Below, in pieces: positions 11,057 through 23,498 of a stretch of DNA of 64,000 nucleotides. The notes beneath the pieces are model-generated. The model made no database searches, had not been told where the DNA came from, and saw only the letters and a list, made by a program, of their open reading frames with translations. The DNA lies in assembly GCA_022813965.1 (NCBI GenBank), contig JALDZS010000048.1, forward strand, positions 1 to 64,000, read 5' to 3'. The DNA comes from Toensbergia leucococca. Its lineage: Eukaryota. Each line of letters starts with the position of its first letter. Within the stretch, counting starts at the first letter, position 1. The translations under genes were made by a program, and so were the position numbers.

Positions 11057-11851
11057 ACTGGGTTGAGGGAGTAAAGTGTTCTATTTGCTGATGTGAAGAG
11101 GACGAGGCAGCAAGTGATAGAGGAGAGAGGCAGTCTTCAATATTTCTTCAGAGATGGTGGATTATAACGATATTCGATTGACCCTTTGTAATCTCCTAAA
11201 TCCGATGTAACCCGACAGACCAAGTACGAACATCTCGTCTCGGCGTTCGTTGTGGTCTGTTGGTGCGGTGCCAAGTGCGGATGATCAGAGGTAGGGGTGG
11301 AGGATTGAAGGCTCACGCGAGGGCTGCATTTGTCTGCGATAGTATTAGTAGATACTTCTGCGAAAACCATTCTTTATCAGTTCGTAATCGTGACCAACGT
11401 CATCTACCTATACATTGGCAGGCGCACCGTGACCCTGGCGGCGTTGGAGAGGTGGTCTACAGTCTACAGCTTTGAGCAAGTAGTGCTCAGATATTGAGGG
11501 TCAGGTAGGGACGGATAGTGAAAAGAGAATGGTCGAGAATTGAGATTTTTAGGTAGGAGGTAGGGTCGTGGTGATGATCGGTGCATCTGATTGGATGGGG
11601 CAACATATCTCCTCCTTGCTCACCACATTCGGAGAACGATTGATGCTTAGTATTTTCAATGTTGATCAAAAGGCTCTGGTTGGTTTGAGAACACATTTAT
11701 TACTTATTGGTTTAAACATTTCTGCGAACAACACTGCTTTTCAACTACATATCTTTTCTACTGTTCCTCCGGCGACGACTCCATTCCTTGCTATTTACAC
11801 TCTATCTACTACTCCTTGGCCACCAACTTCCGTCTCTCTATCTTGTTGAAC

Positions 11852-13709
11852 ATGGCTTCACATGACTCAGGCATTCCTAACACCGGTCCAGAAAACGATG
11901 CCGAAATCGATAGTTCTGACATCGAGCATATGAACAGCTTTAATCTCGTATCGCGCGAAGGAGCTCAATCAGTGATAAAGGCCGTTGAGCTGTTGGTCCT
12001 TGCCGCTGCCTACTCACCGATTTCCCAGCTTACCCTGTCTCCTGTCTACGGCTCTATTCCATCTTCAAACAACCACCAACGTATATTGATGGCCGCCTTC
12101 TTGTTGGCCTGGACAGCCAAAACAACAATGCTCACATATTTCCCGAGAAACAGCGCTGCATTTCTCCCTGTTTTGGCTTTTGCAATCCCTACTTTCCAGT
12201 TTTATCTGTTCAGATATAGTCGACGATTAGGCCTGGAGTATGGTCCAATGATTACAGAGTCCCTCACTTGCTTTCCACTTGTTGTCTTATCTGTATTCTC
12301 TGCGGGTACTTTACTCGACTCTATAAATCTCGGCCAGTATGGCGAACGAGTAAAAAGTGCCGGACCAGCCATTGCCTCATATGCTATATTCAGTGTTGCT
12401 CAGAAAGCGTCGGCCTACCTGATAAAACAGCAAATTGGCTCTAGTTTTGTCTTCACGCGATGTGGTCTGCAATTTGTCATTGCAACCTTCTACGCCCTGC
12501 TTTTTCCATCGAAGCTTTTGGTCTTGGCTGCTTTGCCGCTACTCCATTCCGCTTCGTTGAACGTTCATGTCCCTCTTGAGGAAACCACTACTGTTTTGAA
12601 CGCGACATTGCACGCTCTGAATTACTCCCTTGTAGCACGACAGGAGTCTGTGACGGGATACATTTCCGTGCTGGATAATCTCCAAGACGGATTTCGTGTT
12701 ATGCGGTGCGACCATAGTCTCCTGGGAGGAGAGTGGCTTCAGGAGGGAAAGTCCATTCTACCATCTTTGAAAGAGCCGATATATTCCGTTTTCGTCATGC
12801 TAGAAGCAGTGAGGCTAGTAGAGAGCGAAGCTTCAGAAAGACACCCTGTCGCTACGGATGACGAGAAGAAAGCATTAGTAGTGTAGGCACTTCCATACAT
12901 CATGCGTCATATGGAGAGTTTGTGCTGATTGCGTGGCTCTAGAGGGTTGGGTGTTGGTACTGCTCCTTCTGCGCTCATTGCCCATGGCGTTCATACCACG
13001 ACAGTCGAAATTGATCCGGTCGTGCACGACTTTGCCACGAAATACTTTAACCTTCCTTCAAATCATACATCCATCATCGGAGATGCTACTGTATTTGTCG
13101 AGCGTGTCCGAAAAGCCCCAGGACACGATACTTATGACTACATCATCCACGATGTTTTCACGGGTGGCGCTGAACCTGTGGAACTCTTCACCGAAGAATT
13201 CCTTTTGGGCTTAAGTGACTTGCTCTCAAAGGACGGGGTGATTGCTATAGTAAGCCTAGTCTTGTTAGTATGGCATCATTGTATAAAAGCTAACGAACCG
13301 TAAGAATTACGCCGGTGACCTTCTGCTTCCCTCGGCACGTCTCGTTGTTCACACAGTCAAGTCTGTCTTTCCCAGCTGTCGCCTTTTTCGAGATGATGCT
13401 GCATCCTTGGAGGCTGATGCAACAACGAACGATTTTACCAACATGGTGATGTTCTGCCGCAAATCTACTGGGATTTTTACATTCCGCGATCCTGTTGAGG
13501 CCGATTGCCTAGGCAGCCAGGCTCGAAGATATTTTCTTTTACCACAGCACGAAATTCAAGTCGACTATTTTGAGGGCAGGGACGGAGAAGTGACAACGCT
13601 AAAGCGAGGGCAGACACAGGTGCTGGAAGCCTATGAGGCGAAGAGTGCTGCAAGACATTGGGAGATTATGAGAACAGTGCTACCTGATGTCATTTGGGAG
13701 GCCTGGTGA
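11852..13709 (+). CDS. Multi-pass membrane protein fused to a class I SAM-binding (spermidine-synthase-like) domain, 3 exons
   Basis: The N-terminal half is hydrophobic. Motifs: RVMRCDHSLLGGEW, VGLGVGT, VEIDPVVH, YIIHDVFTGGAEP, NYAGDL, FTNMVMFC. Introns at ~12883-12942 and ~13249-13304. Confidence 0.85.
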
Positions 13710-14165
13710 CAGGATAAAAGAACTGTATTGAGCGAGTGGGTGGAATAGAGATGAGGCAATGGCATGATGTTGTTATAGATATCCGTACAGTAAAGTAATA
13801 AATTAGGACAGGGATCATCACGAGTGAGCCAGGATGCGATGCTTGATTTGGGAAATTTGGATCCATCAACCAGCTTGAAAAACAAGAAAATCCTTCACTG
13901 CAACACGGGTGACACCAACAATAATGAAAGTAGCAGCTGTAGGGTATTCCGTAGACGTAGATGTACGTTATTGGCCCTCATTCAATTGACTCAGGAGTGA
14001 CAACCTAGTCCACGCGTCGATGGAGAAATTATCCAGAGCCCATTGGTGATCACATTCACCTTCGATATCACCAGACGCTGACCTCGCCCTCCACTTGTAC
14101 TGTACATTGATGGAATACTCTTGTTAACGACAACGGCGTGAAGCTCTTGTCATTTCCAAGAAGTG

Positions 14166-16472
14166 ATGATGGGCGACCTCAAGACACGACTGTTGCCGCT
14201 ATTCAGACGATCATCGACTACCTCATCCGCTAAATCTTCCTCTTCGTCAACCAGCAGCGTTGCCGGAGACAACCGCGACCACAGTAAAGCTTCTCTCCTG
14301 CTCTTTAAGAGTGCGAGTACATCATGTGTGGAACCTGTCTATGAACAAGAGGACGAATTATCACACCTTCCAATTCTACCTCAAGCAACTGAAGATAACT
14401 TTGTTCGAGGTCATCTACAACAAACGCCCGACACAAGCCTTGAGTCACCACGTCCCACACCCATCGTCGAGGACAATCCCAAAGTAACATTGGAAGAGCC
14501 TACTCCAGACCTTTCAAGTCAGCAACCGAGCGTAATCAACGACAGCGGTGTGAGTTTGGGGAGAACAGCAGAGGCAAGTGCAACACGACCTGACCTAGCT
14601 CCCAGAAGGCAGTCACTGGCACATAGCAGCCAATCTCGCTTCATTAAGACATTGCTGGAGTCTGAAAACCCAAAAGCACAGGCTGGAGCTTCCGATTATT
14701 TCGGCGGGCCTCCCACTATCAGTGCCAATATGCTACAACGAAAGATCTGGGTCAAGAGGCCGGGAGCGTCGGCAACGTTAGTTCTGATAAGGGAAGATGA
14801 CTTGGTCGACGATGTGAGGGACATGATCCTAAAGAAATACGCCAATTCATTGGGACGCAATTTCGATGCACCGGATGTCACCCTCAGAGTAATACCTCGG
14901 GATCACTCACATCGACACTCTCAAGGGGAACGGACTCTTGGTCCAGAAGAGCCTATCACAAGAACGCTGGATCACTACTTTCCAGGTGGACAGAATGTGG
15001 AAGAGGCGTTGATAATTGACATCCCACAACGTCGTACTCCAAGGCACTCGCCACGAACACACATGCCTTATTACCTAGCTGAGGATCTACGGCCTGGTGA
15101 GAGTGGTACAGAATACTTTCCGCAGATGCCTGCTGCCGGACAGCCATCACCTCTTCTTCCTGCAAACCTTTCTGTTACCAGCGGTGGGCCAGGATCACAT
15201 CACCCTTCAGTACACTCAATGTCTATCGTAAACACCGGGCAGCCCCCACCTCTTCCCTCACCAAGTATTCGCGGCCCACGACTCTCGCACAGACCGGTTT
15301 TCCCTCGAAAGCAAACTACCTCACCTACTGTACATACCACAACGTCCGGGAACCAGAGTCAAGGTAAGTCTGTTTTTGTCACTCCGTGTGCTGTTTGGTG
15401 TCTCGGCTCACGAAATCCCTTAAGATAGCTTGAAAGCACATCCGGGCTCTATTCCCGTCCCTCCACCCATGCCTTCTCCACCCATCCCATCGGAAACACA
15501 ACCTCGTCGTGTTGCCAGCCCTCCACCTCCCCGGGTCTCATCTCCTCGCCCAAGAACTACTCGTCAAAGAGGACCCAAGAAGCCAGTCGATCAAAAGCAT
15601 CTGCCTGCTGGTCTTCTTGATGGTTCTGTCCCTCCCATTAACGTTTTGATCGTGGAAGACAACATCATCAACCTCAAGCTTCTGGAAGCCTTCATGAAAC
15701 GATTAAAAGTTCGCTGGCATACGGCTATGAATGGACGGGAAGCTGTGACGAAATGGCGTGCTGGAGGCTTTCATTTGGTGCTCATGGACATTCAATTACC
15801 GGTCATGAACGGGCTGGAGGCAACCAAGGAAATCCGAAGGCTGGAAAGATTCAACAACATTGGCGTAATCTCGAATAGCACAGTCAGCACGCCGACTTCT
15901 ACCAATAACGCTGCCAGCCAGGAGAACGATCGATCACCTGACGGAGAGGATATCTTGGTCAATACAGGCTTGTTCAAGAGCCCAGTCATCATCGTTGCAT
16001 TAACAGCAAGTTCACTGCAGAGTGACAGGCATGAAGCGCTGGCCGCCGGATGCAACGATTTTCTCACAAAGGTATACCTTTTTTTCCCACCGCCCCACAA
16101 AAGACAAGCAAAACAACACTAACCCTCTATCCTCCCCCAATCTAGCCCGTCAACTTTGTCTGGCTGGAACGGAAAGTAATGGAATGGGGCTGCATGCAAG
16201 CCCTCATCGACTTTGACGGCTGGCGCAAATGGAGAGACTTCTCGCAAACGCAGTCGCCCACCAATGCCAAGGATTCCGCAAAGGGAGGGGCCAAGTCGCT
16301 GCTGGGTAAAGGTTTTAATGGAAAGGTGGGCGGAATTAATAATACTACGGTGGCAAAGAAGGATAAGCGGTTAAGTAGTGGGGCTTCGATTCTTGGGGCT
16401 GGGAGTGGGAGTGAAGGTTTGGAGGCGGAGAGGGACGAGGGGAGGGGAAAGCCTATTGCGGCCGGGGCCTGA
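14166..16472 (+). CDS. ssk1: Ssk1/SskA response regulator of the HOG pathway, 3 exons
   Basis: N-terminal conserved block IWVKRPGASATLV...DLVDDVRDMILKKYANSLGR. Receiver domain VEDNIINLKLL, LMDIQLPVMNG, VALTASS, FLTK|PVNFVWLERKVMEWGCMQALIDFDGWRKW. Introns at ~15364-15437 and 16072-16145. Confidence 0.93.
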
Positions 16473-17197
16473 GGCGGATTGATTTGGGTTTTTGTTTGGC
16501 GGGGTAGGGGGTTTTGTACAAGAAGGGTTCGTTTTCTTCTGTTGTTGGTATTAGCTTTGGAGGAAGTGGGCGTGCTGGGTATTTGTTGCATAGCGTGTTG
16601 TCATTCTTTTTTTTTTGGCCTGCTCGATGCGTGGAGCGGGCGGTGATATCACATATCCAAAGGGTCGTACACACTTGTAGCCATGTGGCCAGCCTATTCC
16701 GTTTTTAAATACTTCTCACCCATTCCTTTATCAGGGGCTCTATTTTTGCTTATTTTTCGGAAATTCAGCAACTCCACAGAGAGGCAGTGAGCTAGAGGGG
16801 AAAAGGGGGGGGTGAGTTTGGGGAAGGACGGTTGAAAGGTTGGAGACGGAAGGAACGTGTGTCGTTGGATACATGGGGGATGGGATGGGAAAGATATCAA
16901 AAAGGCCAAGAAGGGGGAGAACAAATCCGTAACGAATGTCCAGTCTTTTTGTTTCGGATTAAGCATTACGTCTGTACCGCCCATCTAGTCCAGCCCCGAC
17001 TCTCAACTCTCAACTCTCATCTCCCGTCCCTCGTGTCCATCTCTCACATCAAAGGGTCTCATTTCCCTCACAAAAAAAAAACAAACCATTACCCAACCCA
17101 GCGCTAATGGTCCCCCCTTTCATGCTCTCAAAAGACCCAATCTTGACAACAACCAAACTCGGCCCCATCTCGCTCTCCAGATGGCGGTTACCCCCTT

Positions 17198-18079
17198 CTA
17201 ACACTGCAAATTGAGCACCGGGTTAAAGTTTTGATCGACAACCCCAAAGCTCGGCGAGCTGGTATAATCCTGAAGCGTGTACCAAAACGTATGCGCCTGC
17301 TGGAAAGCCGCACACGCAACACTGCTCCAGTACATCTGCGCATTGGAGTAACTGGGCACCGCGGCACCCATATCTCCTCCGCTGACGGGCCATCCGCTCT
17401 CGGTGATCCAGACCCAGACGCCGGGCTTGACGCTGTTGACCATGCTGCGCACGTTCTCGACGCTCTGCCAGAAGACGTTGTAGGCGTCGGCGATGGCGGT
17501 GTCCTGGTAGTAAGGGTAGCCGTCAGTGCCGACCCAGTCGCAGGCTGTGATGACCTCGTTGTTGGCGGAGTTGACCCAGGCGGTCCAGGTGTCGACGTGG
17601 CCGACTTGGATGCTGCTGGCGCCAACGGAGGCTTGGGAGATCATGCCTCTGACGTCGTAGATCTGGCCGGCTAGAGTCGAGGGAGCGGTGTTGCCGCGGT
17701 ACAGATCCTCGCTTCCGACACTGACGGCTATCATCCACTCATGTCCATGTGCTTGGATTGCAGCTAGCAAAGCCTGCTTTTCTGCATTGTAGTGGTCTGC
17801 GTCTTCGGCCCAGAGGCCGACGAGGATTTGGGTGTTTGTTGCAATGGCTGCGGGGACGGCGTTGGCGAGGGTGTTGCAGTCCGAGGCTGCGTAGAGGCGG
17901 ACGCTGGTGAAGTCGCCCGGGAGGGATTGCAGGGTTCGAAAGTCGGTTTCCCAGTCTGATTGGGCTTTGCAGGCGCCCGAGGGGAGGTTTGCACCGAGGT
18001 TGAAACCTTTCCAGTAGGCGGCTGTGGGTGAAGAGAGGGAGGCTAGGAGAGGGAGGAGGGTTTGCAGGGAAGGCTTCAT
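17198..18079 (-). CDS. Secreted GH17 beta-1,3-glucanase/transglycosylase (EglC-like catalytic domain only)
   Basis: Signal peptide, then KGFNLGA, VRLYAASDC, VSVGSEDLYR, GHVDTWT, GTDGYPYY and ITESGWP. No S/T tail or GPI signal. Confidence 0.92.
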   Translation of the reverse strand: MKPSLQTLLPLLASLSSPTAAYWKGFNLGANLPSGACKAQSDWETDFRTLQSLPGDFTSVRLYAASDCNTLANAVPAAIATNTQILVGLWAEDADHYNAEKQALLAAIQAHGHEWMIAVSVGSEDLYRGNTAPSTLAGQIYDVRGMISQASVGASSIQVGHVDTWTAWVNSANNEVITACDWVGTDGYPYYQDTAIADAYNVFWQSVENVRSMVNSVKPGVWVWITESGWPVSGGDMGAAVPSYSNAQMYWSSVACAAFQQAHTFWYTLQDYTSSPSFGVVDQNFNPVLNLQC

Positions 18080-18245
18080 TGTGAATTTATTTTGGTGGGT
18101 CTTGGTTACCTGAGGTATGCGGGGTAATGGAAGGAATTAAAGAGATTGGTTGGAATGAAACGACTGTAGTGGATTGGTTGAACGATAGGTGGAAGAAACG
18201 GATTGAAAATAATTACTAAGGGAATAAGGAATATCAACAAAGAAT

Positions 18246-18292
18246 GAGAAGAAGGAGAAGAAGGAGAAGAAGGAGAAGAAGAAGAAGAAGAA
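18246..18292 (+). repeat. Purine microsatellite (GAAGAAGGA)n/(GAA)n
   Basis: Directly visible upstream of the GH17 gene. Confidence 0.9.
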
Positions 18293-19125
18293 AAGAGGGA
18301 ATTGGATGCGGGAGTATGCAGTGTCCGAGGGTCACTCGTGTTGTCGGTGAAAATTTAACATAGGTACTACCTTACTCCGTACCAATTGAGGGGACCTCGT
18401 ATCCGACCTATCCACGTCATGCCGATGCAAGTGATGCAAGTGATGCCATAATTAGGATAGACCATTTCCCATTGGATGAGAGAAAGAGGGGCCTAAAGGC
18501 TAAGTGAACCCCCTTGGCCACACACAAGAATGCATTTGAACATCTTGCATACTGAAATATTGCAGAAACAGCGAGGCACGTCTCTCGACACTTCCTGGGT
18601 ACGAGCCGTACTTCAACAACATGCGCCTGGACGCATGATACTTCCTGAGCTGAATCATCAGTCAATACAAACATCCTATAGCCTAATCTCCGTGCCCAAG
18701 ATTGATAGCGCCATAATGCCGTCGTTTGCTGATGGAACCTCACGAGCTTACCTAGGAAGGCACCGCTCCCCCGCTACATGGATTCAGTCTAAGCTGGAGC
18801 CTAGAACGTGAGATAGGTGCCGAGTACTCCGAGGTGACATATGTCAGATGTTCTCTGTTACGACTTTTGGTTATAGAAAAGTGGCAATATCTGTAGACCG
18901 ACGTCAATCAGATCTATGATTTGCATACTTAAGCAAAAAGAGAAATGCAAGACTCAACATTCATGCTGCTGTGGCAATATCAATGCGCCCCAAGCTATGC
19001 CGCTTGCAATACTTCATGCCAGCCAATTCATCCACATGATAATGCCTGCTGTTGCAACCAAACGCCCCGCTTTGTACAGGTCGTTATTCCATCACTCAAG
19101 TTCTCATCATAATGCAAAAACCTTA

Positions 19126-21252
19126 TCATGACCATCCGTCTCCCATGTCAAAACGATGCTGTGGTAATGCTATTTTGCTCTTGACCGGTGGCAGATGATT
19201 GTGCTGCTTCCGTACTGTCATCTTTCCCGACCAAGTAGAGCAGTCCTTCCCTGCCACGTCCATCTTTGCACTTGACTTTCTCTCCCCATCGTCAATGGTA
19301 CAGCAGTCGACTGTCTTGAGCCATCGATCTCGCAAAGCATCCTGCATCGTAATCCTCTTCTCCGCATCCGGATGCATCATTCTTAAGAGGAGATTCTTGA
19401 GTGCTGGTTTCGGGAGGTTGGAAAAGAGCTGCCCGCATTTAGGAAATGAATATTCCGTGACCAGGCCGTCAGGACTTGTACTGAGGAATCCGTCCCAACC
19501 CGCAATAAATTTACTGTAGAACTGATGTGAATCCTTGCGATCAGCTGCCGGCCAGGGATTACCGCCGTAGATCATGGTGAGGAGGACGATAGCGCACGAC
19601 CAGACATCGAGTGGACGAGGATCATAGTCGCCTTGAGTAACCTCGTCAGATCATTTCTAACATCATGATTGTTCTATCTTTTAGACCCAAAACATACCTT
19701 TCTTCTCAAACACTTCCGGAGCGATGTACGGAAGACTACCGCAGATCCCTGGCGTGCAGCGCCGACATTCATGCATGTTCTTCCCGCACTCTCCGCCAGC
19801 AGCTCGGACGCCGGGGTGCTCACCGCAAAAAACTTCAGATACACCAAAGTCGGTGATCTTAAGGTGGCCATTGTCAGTCATAAGGAGGTTCTCGAGCTTG
19901 ATGTCCCGATGTGCAATGCCATGAGAGTGTAAGTAAGCGACGCCTCGAAGAAGTTGCTTGAACAAGCACAGTTGGTCCTCGAGAGTGAAATACTTCTTTT
20001 GTACCAAAGAGAATATTTCTCCTTGAGAACAATATTCCATCACATGATTCCAGCGCCCACCATGGGTACATAGCCGCACACTCTCGACAATGTTCGGATG
20101 ATGTAAGCTTTTTGCAATGCTGTATTCTGATTTGACTTTCTTTATGTATTCATCCTCGTTCTCGTTCTGCCCTCTTTTCCGGAATTCCTTTACGGCATAG
20201 ACGGCGTCCGAATGTCCCCCCTTTCGAATCATGAGCTTTACAGTAGCAGTGGCACCTTTACCAATCACTTTCCCTCGCTTGCCTGGGAGTAAACTTCCAC
20301 TGGTGAATTCGCTATTCAATTCCACAGTGTCTACCGTAAAGTCATCCGGCAAATTTGCGCTCATTCTCCTTGCCTTTAAACCAACACCGGTAGCCGCGTG
20401 CATTGAGATATAATTTGTCGGTTCAAGCTTGGACAGCTGACTGGTGCTTGTCGATCGTTGCCTGACTGAAGGCCGCTCCGGCTTCTGCGAGCCAGCAAAC
20501 ATAACCTTACTCTTTTCCTTCAACTTTAGACCTGTTGACGCTCTTGCTGGTTTGTCAAAAGGAGTTTGACTAAGTCCCCAATGGCGTTCGCTGACACTAT
20601 TCAATGTGCTTGTAGGGGAAGCTGGCGAAGGAGGTGTACCTGATCGTGAGGTTCTCGGAGAGACATTGGCGGAGAGCGAAAATGATGGCTTCCGAGAAGG
20701 CAGTACCAAAGCACGCGGCGGTAAGTCAATAGGACCAGCATTAGGGGTTTGACTATTCATTATTTGATTTGAAGTGTTCGAATTCGAACGACGGAAGAGG
20801 GACCTTATACTTCTGGAATTGTGAGCAGATTGAGAGTGAGGTGAAGCTGCATTATACACGGAGGCCACGGTGGGGCTATCTGCGCTGCTGGGGGGTGATG
20901 CTCCTTTGGACCCGCTGGAGGACGAGTGTGAAGATGCCGTAGTGTTGATGGCGAGTGGTTTTAAAGCTAGCGTAGATGGCAGAGCTCCGCCGTTGGCCTC
21001 TGGAAATCCATCGTGATGCTTAAAATCATGAGGATAGGTGTCATTTGTAGGGGTTATCGCTTCAACTGGTTCGCTGCTCGATTCATCCTCCTCTTCTTCG
21101 GGTATTATCGACGAGGAATGTGCAAGGTATGGAGCATCATAATCCGAGATCTTTTGCAGGGCAGGTGGTTTAGCGATCTTCAAAGATTTAATATTGGAGA
21201 GCAAGCTATGGCGATCAACACCAACTGCTTGAACATGCTGTAGCAACGTCAT
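19126..21252 (-). CDS. HAL-family Ser/Thr protein kinase (Ptk2/Hrk1-like), 2 exons
   Basis: Long S/P-rich N-terminus, then IGKGATATV, YAVKEF, HRDIKLENLL, DFGVSEVF and GSLPYIAPE. After an intron (~19697-19632) comes DYDPRPLDVWSC. Confidence 0.92.
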
Positions 21253-23498
21253 CGAGAGGACGTTGAGTCAACTCGGTATGTATATAGAAAGTGTCTTGAC
21301 GCTGTTTCACCAGGGTTGTGCTACCCCGTAAATCTGCACGACCTTTGAAAGTTCCGGATAATCAATCAATACAACTCAGTCATCCTGGATCGGTCTCCTA
21401 AAGTCACATCGCTTAATTCCTTGTCGAACTTAGTGACCGTTAATGCACTTTGAGAGAAAAATCTCACGGACCGCAGTGATGTTTGCAGGACGATGATAGA
21501 GGCTAAAGAGCTGAGTCCAAAGCCAAGGCTATTTACTGAAACAAGATACAAGGCGAGTGCCACAGATGATTTGTCTTGCTGGCTTTCACGTCGTCGGAGG
21601 ACCGTACGAAGACGGCGAATTTGAAAGGACTCTGCTAGACAAATTTGAATGTGAGCCAAGAATGGTATATGAATCAAACTGTAGCATTCACCCACTTATC
21701 AGAGTTGCACATCAATTCCGTATTGTCCATGCAGAGTCACAGGCTCAGAGAAGACGGGGATTGGGAGTCAGATAGGTAAGGAAGTGGAAATTAGGACGAT
21801 CAGCTGCTAAGCCTAAACAGAAAAGCGAAGGGAAGTGAGTGTGGGGGGAGGAAGCAGAAAGTAGGAAAAGGTAGTCGCATTTTTGCCCGAATAACGCTGT
21901 CGGTCGCCTGGACCATGATTGTTGTTGGGCTCAACGTGTGTGTGGTGGAACGGTAAGGATCGAGAAGTTAGTGAGGCATTTTCTCGATATTTCTAGCCAC
22001 CTAGGCTCTAGGGCCGGGGGGCGCTCACGGGGCTGCCGCAGTCCGGCTTCAATCCCTTTGTAAGTACGGATACTCCTACCTTTCTACTTCGTTACTGTAT
22101 CTAGAACCTAATACAAGCTTTTACACACTGCAATCCTGTTCAGACATAAACTTTTCTCTGACACGTAGGTCAAGTCTTCTCTGATCCATTGACACAAGCT
22201 GTCATATGAAGTCTGATATTATCAACACGTTCAAGACGGGAACAGGTCAACAGAATCCAAGGAGCGGTCGTCAAGAGATACCCTATGCGGAATAAACCGC
22301 ATCGTGCAGCTGTTTCTGATGGAATGTGGACGTGGGGTGCAAATGTTCAATAATGCCCATCCAAACTTTCAAAGCGAACCCCATCCATTCTGAACATATG
22401 TCGCCTCTACTCCGTACAGGCATATGCCTCAAAAAGTATTTCTAATATTTCATTGAAACTCGGCTCAGCACCACCTCTACTTCTTCAATAGCTGTGGATG
22501 TTTTTGGATCGAACACGGGGGCCAGTCTCTGCCCCATGCCTTCCCCACGCTTTGTGTAACGCCATCTGCACTTGCTGCGAAACGATACGACAGCAAGCAT
22601 CAATGGAATCTGCACTCCACCTGTCGCCTTGAAGGCTTGGGAGGCTCGACCGCACACGGAAAATATGAAGATTCCGTCCTTTGTTATGGTCTACCATGAA
22701 TCAGGAAGGAGGATATTGAGGTGTCGGCCCCCACGCCTCGGAACTTTTCTACCAGTATAATCGTACCTGCGTTCCATTTATGGTCGATGTTCCGCCAGCA
22801 AAGACATGTACTGGGTAAGTATATGGGGTATTGAAGTCTCGATACGTGGGGCCGCTCTTCCGTGTATGACACTAAGAAGATGATTAGTTTGCCACTGCAT
22901 TCTGTATTTGTTCACTAAATCCTTCTGAGATCAGAATTCCCTCCGATATGGAGTACAAGATAGATGATCCATCAATTCGAGAACGGTTTTGGGACACTGC
23001 GCCTATGCTCAATCAAGAAACATGGTGTCCTGCACCGTCTTCTCTAGAGTCGTGGACCGTGTTATCCACTGCAAGCGGTTCTTGCAGGGCTGGTCATTTG
23101 ATGTTCGGCTCTTTAGTCTCAACCGTCGTGTCAGCCATTGAAGCTTCGAGAGGCCCATTCTGCAGGTCAACAGAACACACGACTGCGCGATGATGCATGT
23201 GGAAAGCTTGATTCCACCATGCCTACACAGCTATTTGTGCGGTACTAAGAATGAGTAGGGATGATGGAAGAGGATGAAAGAGGGTGGTGAGGACAAGAGC
23301 TCTATTCCCATTCCGTCGACCTTGGAGCAAAGAGAACGCGGATCGCGCATCGTCGATTGTATCTGAGTGGCGCTTGCTCTTTGATGAATACTATCCCACC
23401 TACCATCGATGTATTAACATGATGTTGCATGTCGAGTAAAATGAATACTACATTAATGTAGGTCTTTACGAGCATGCAACACGGCGTCCAACCTCTCA

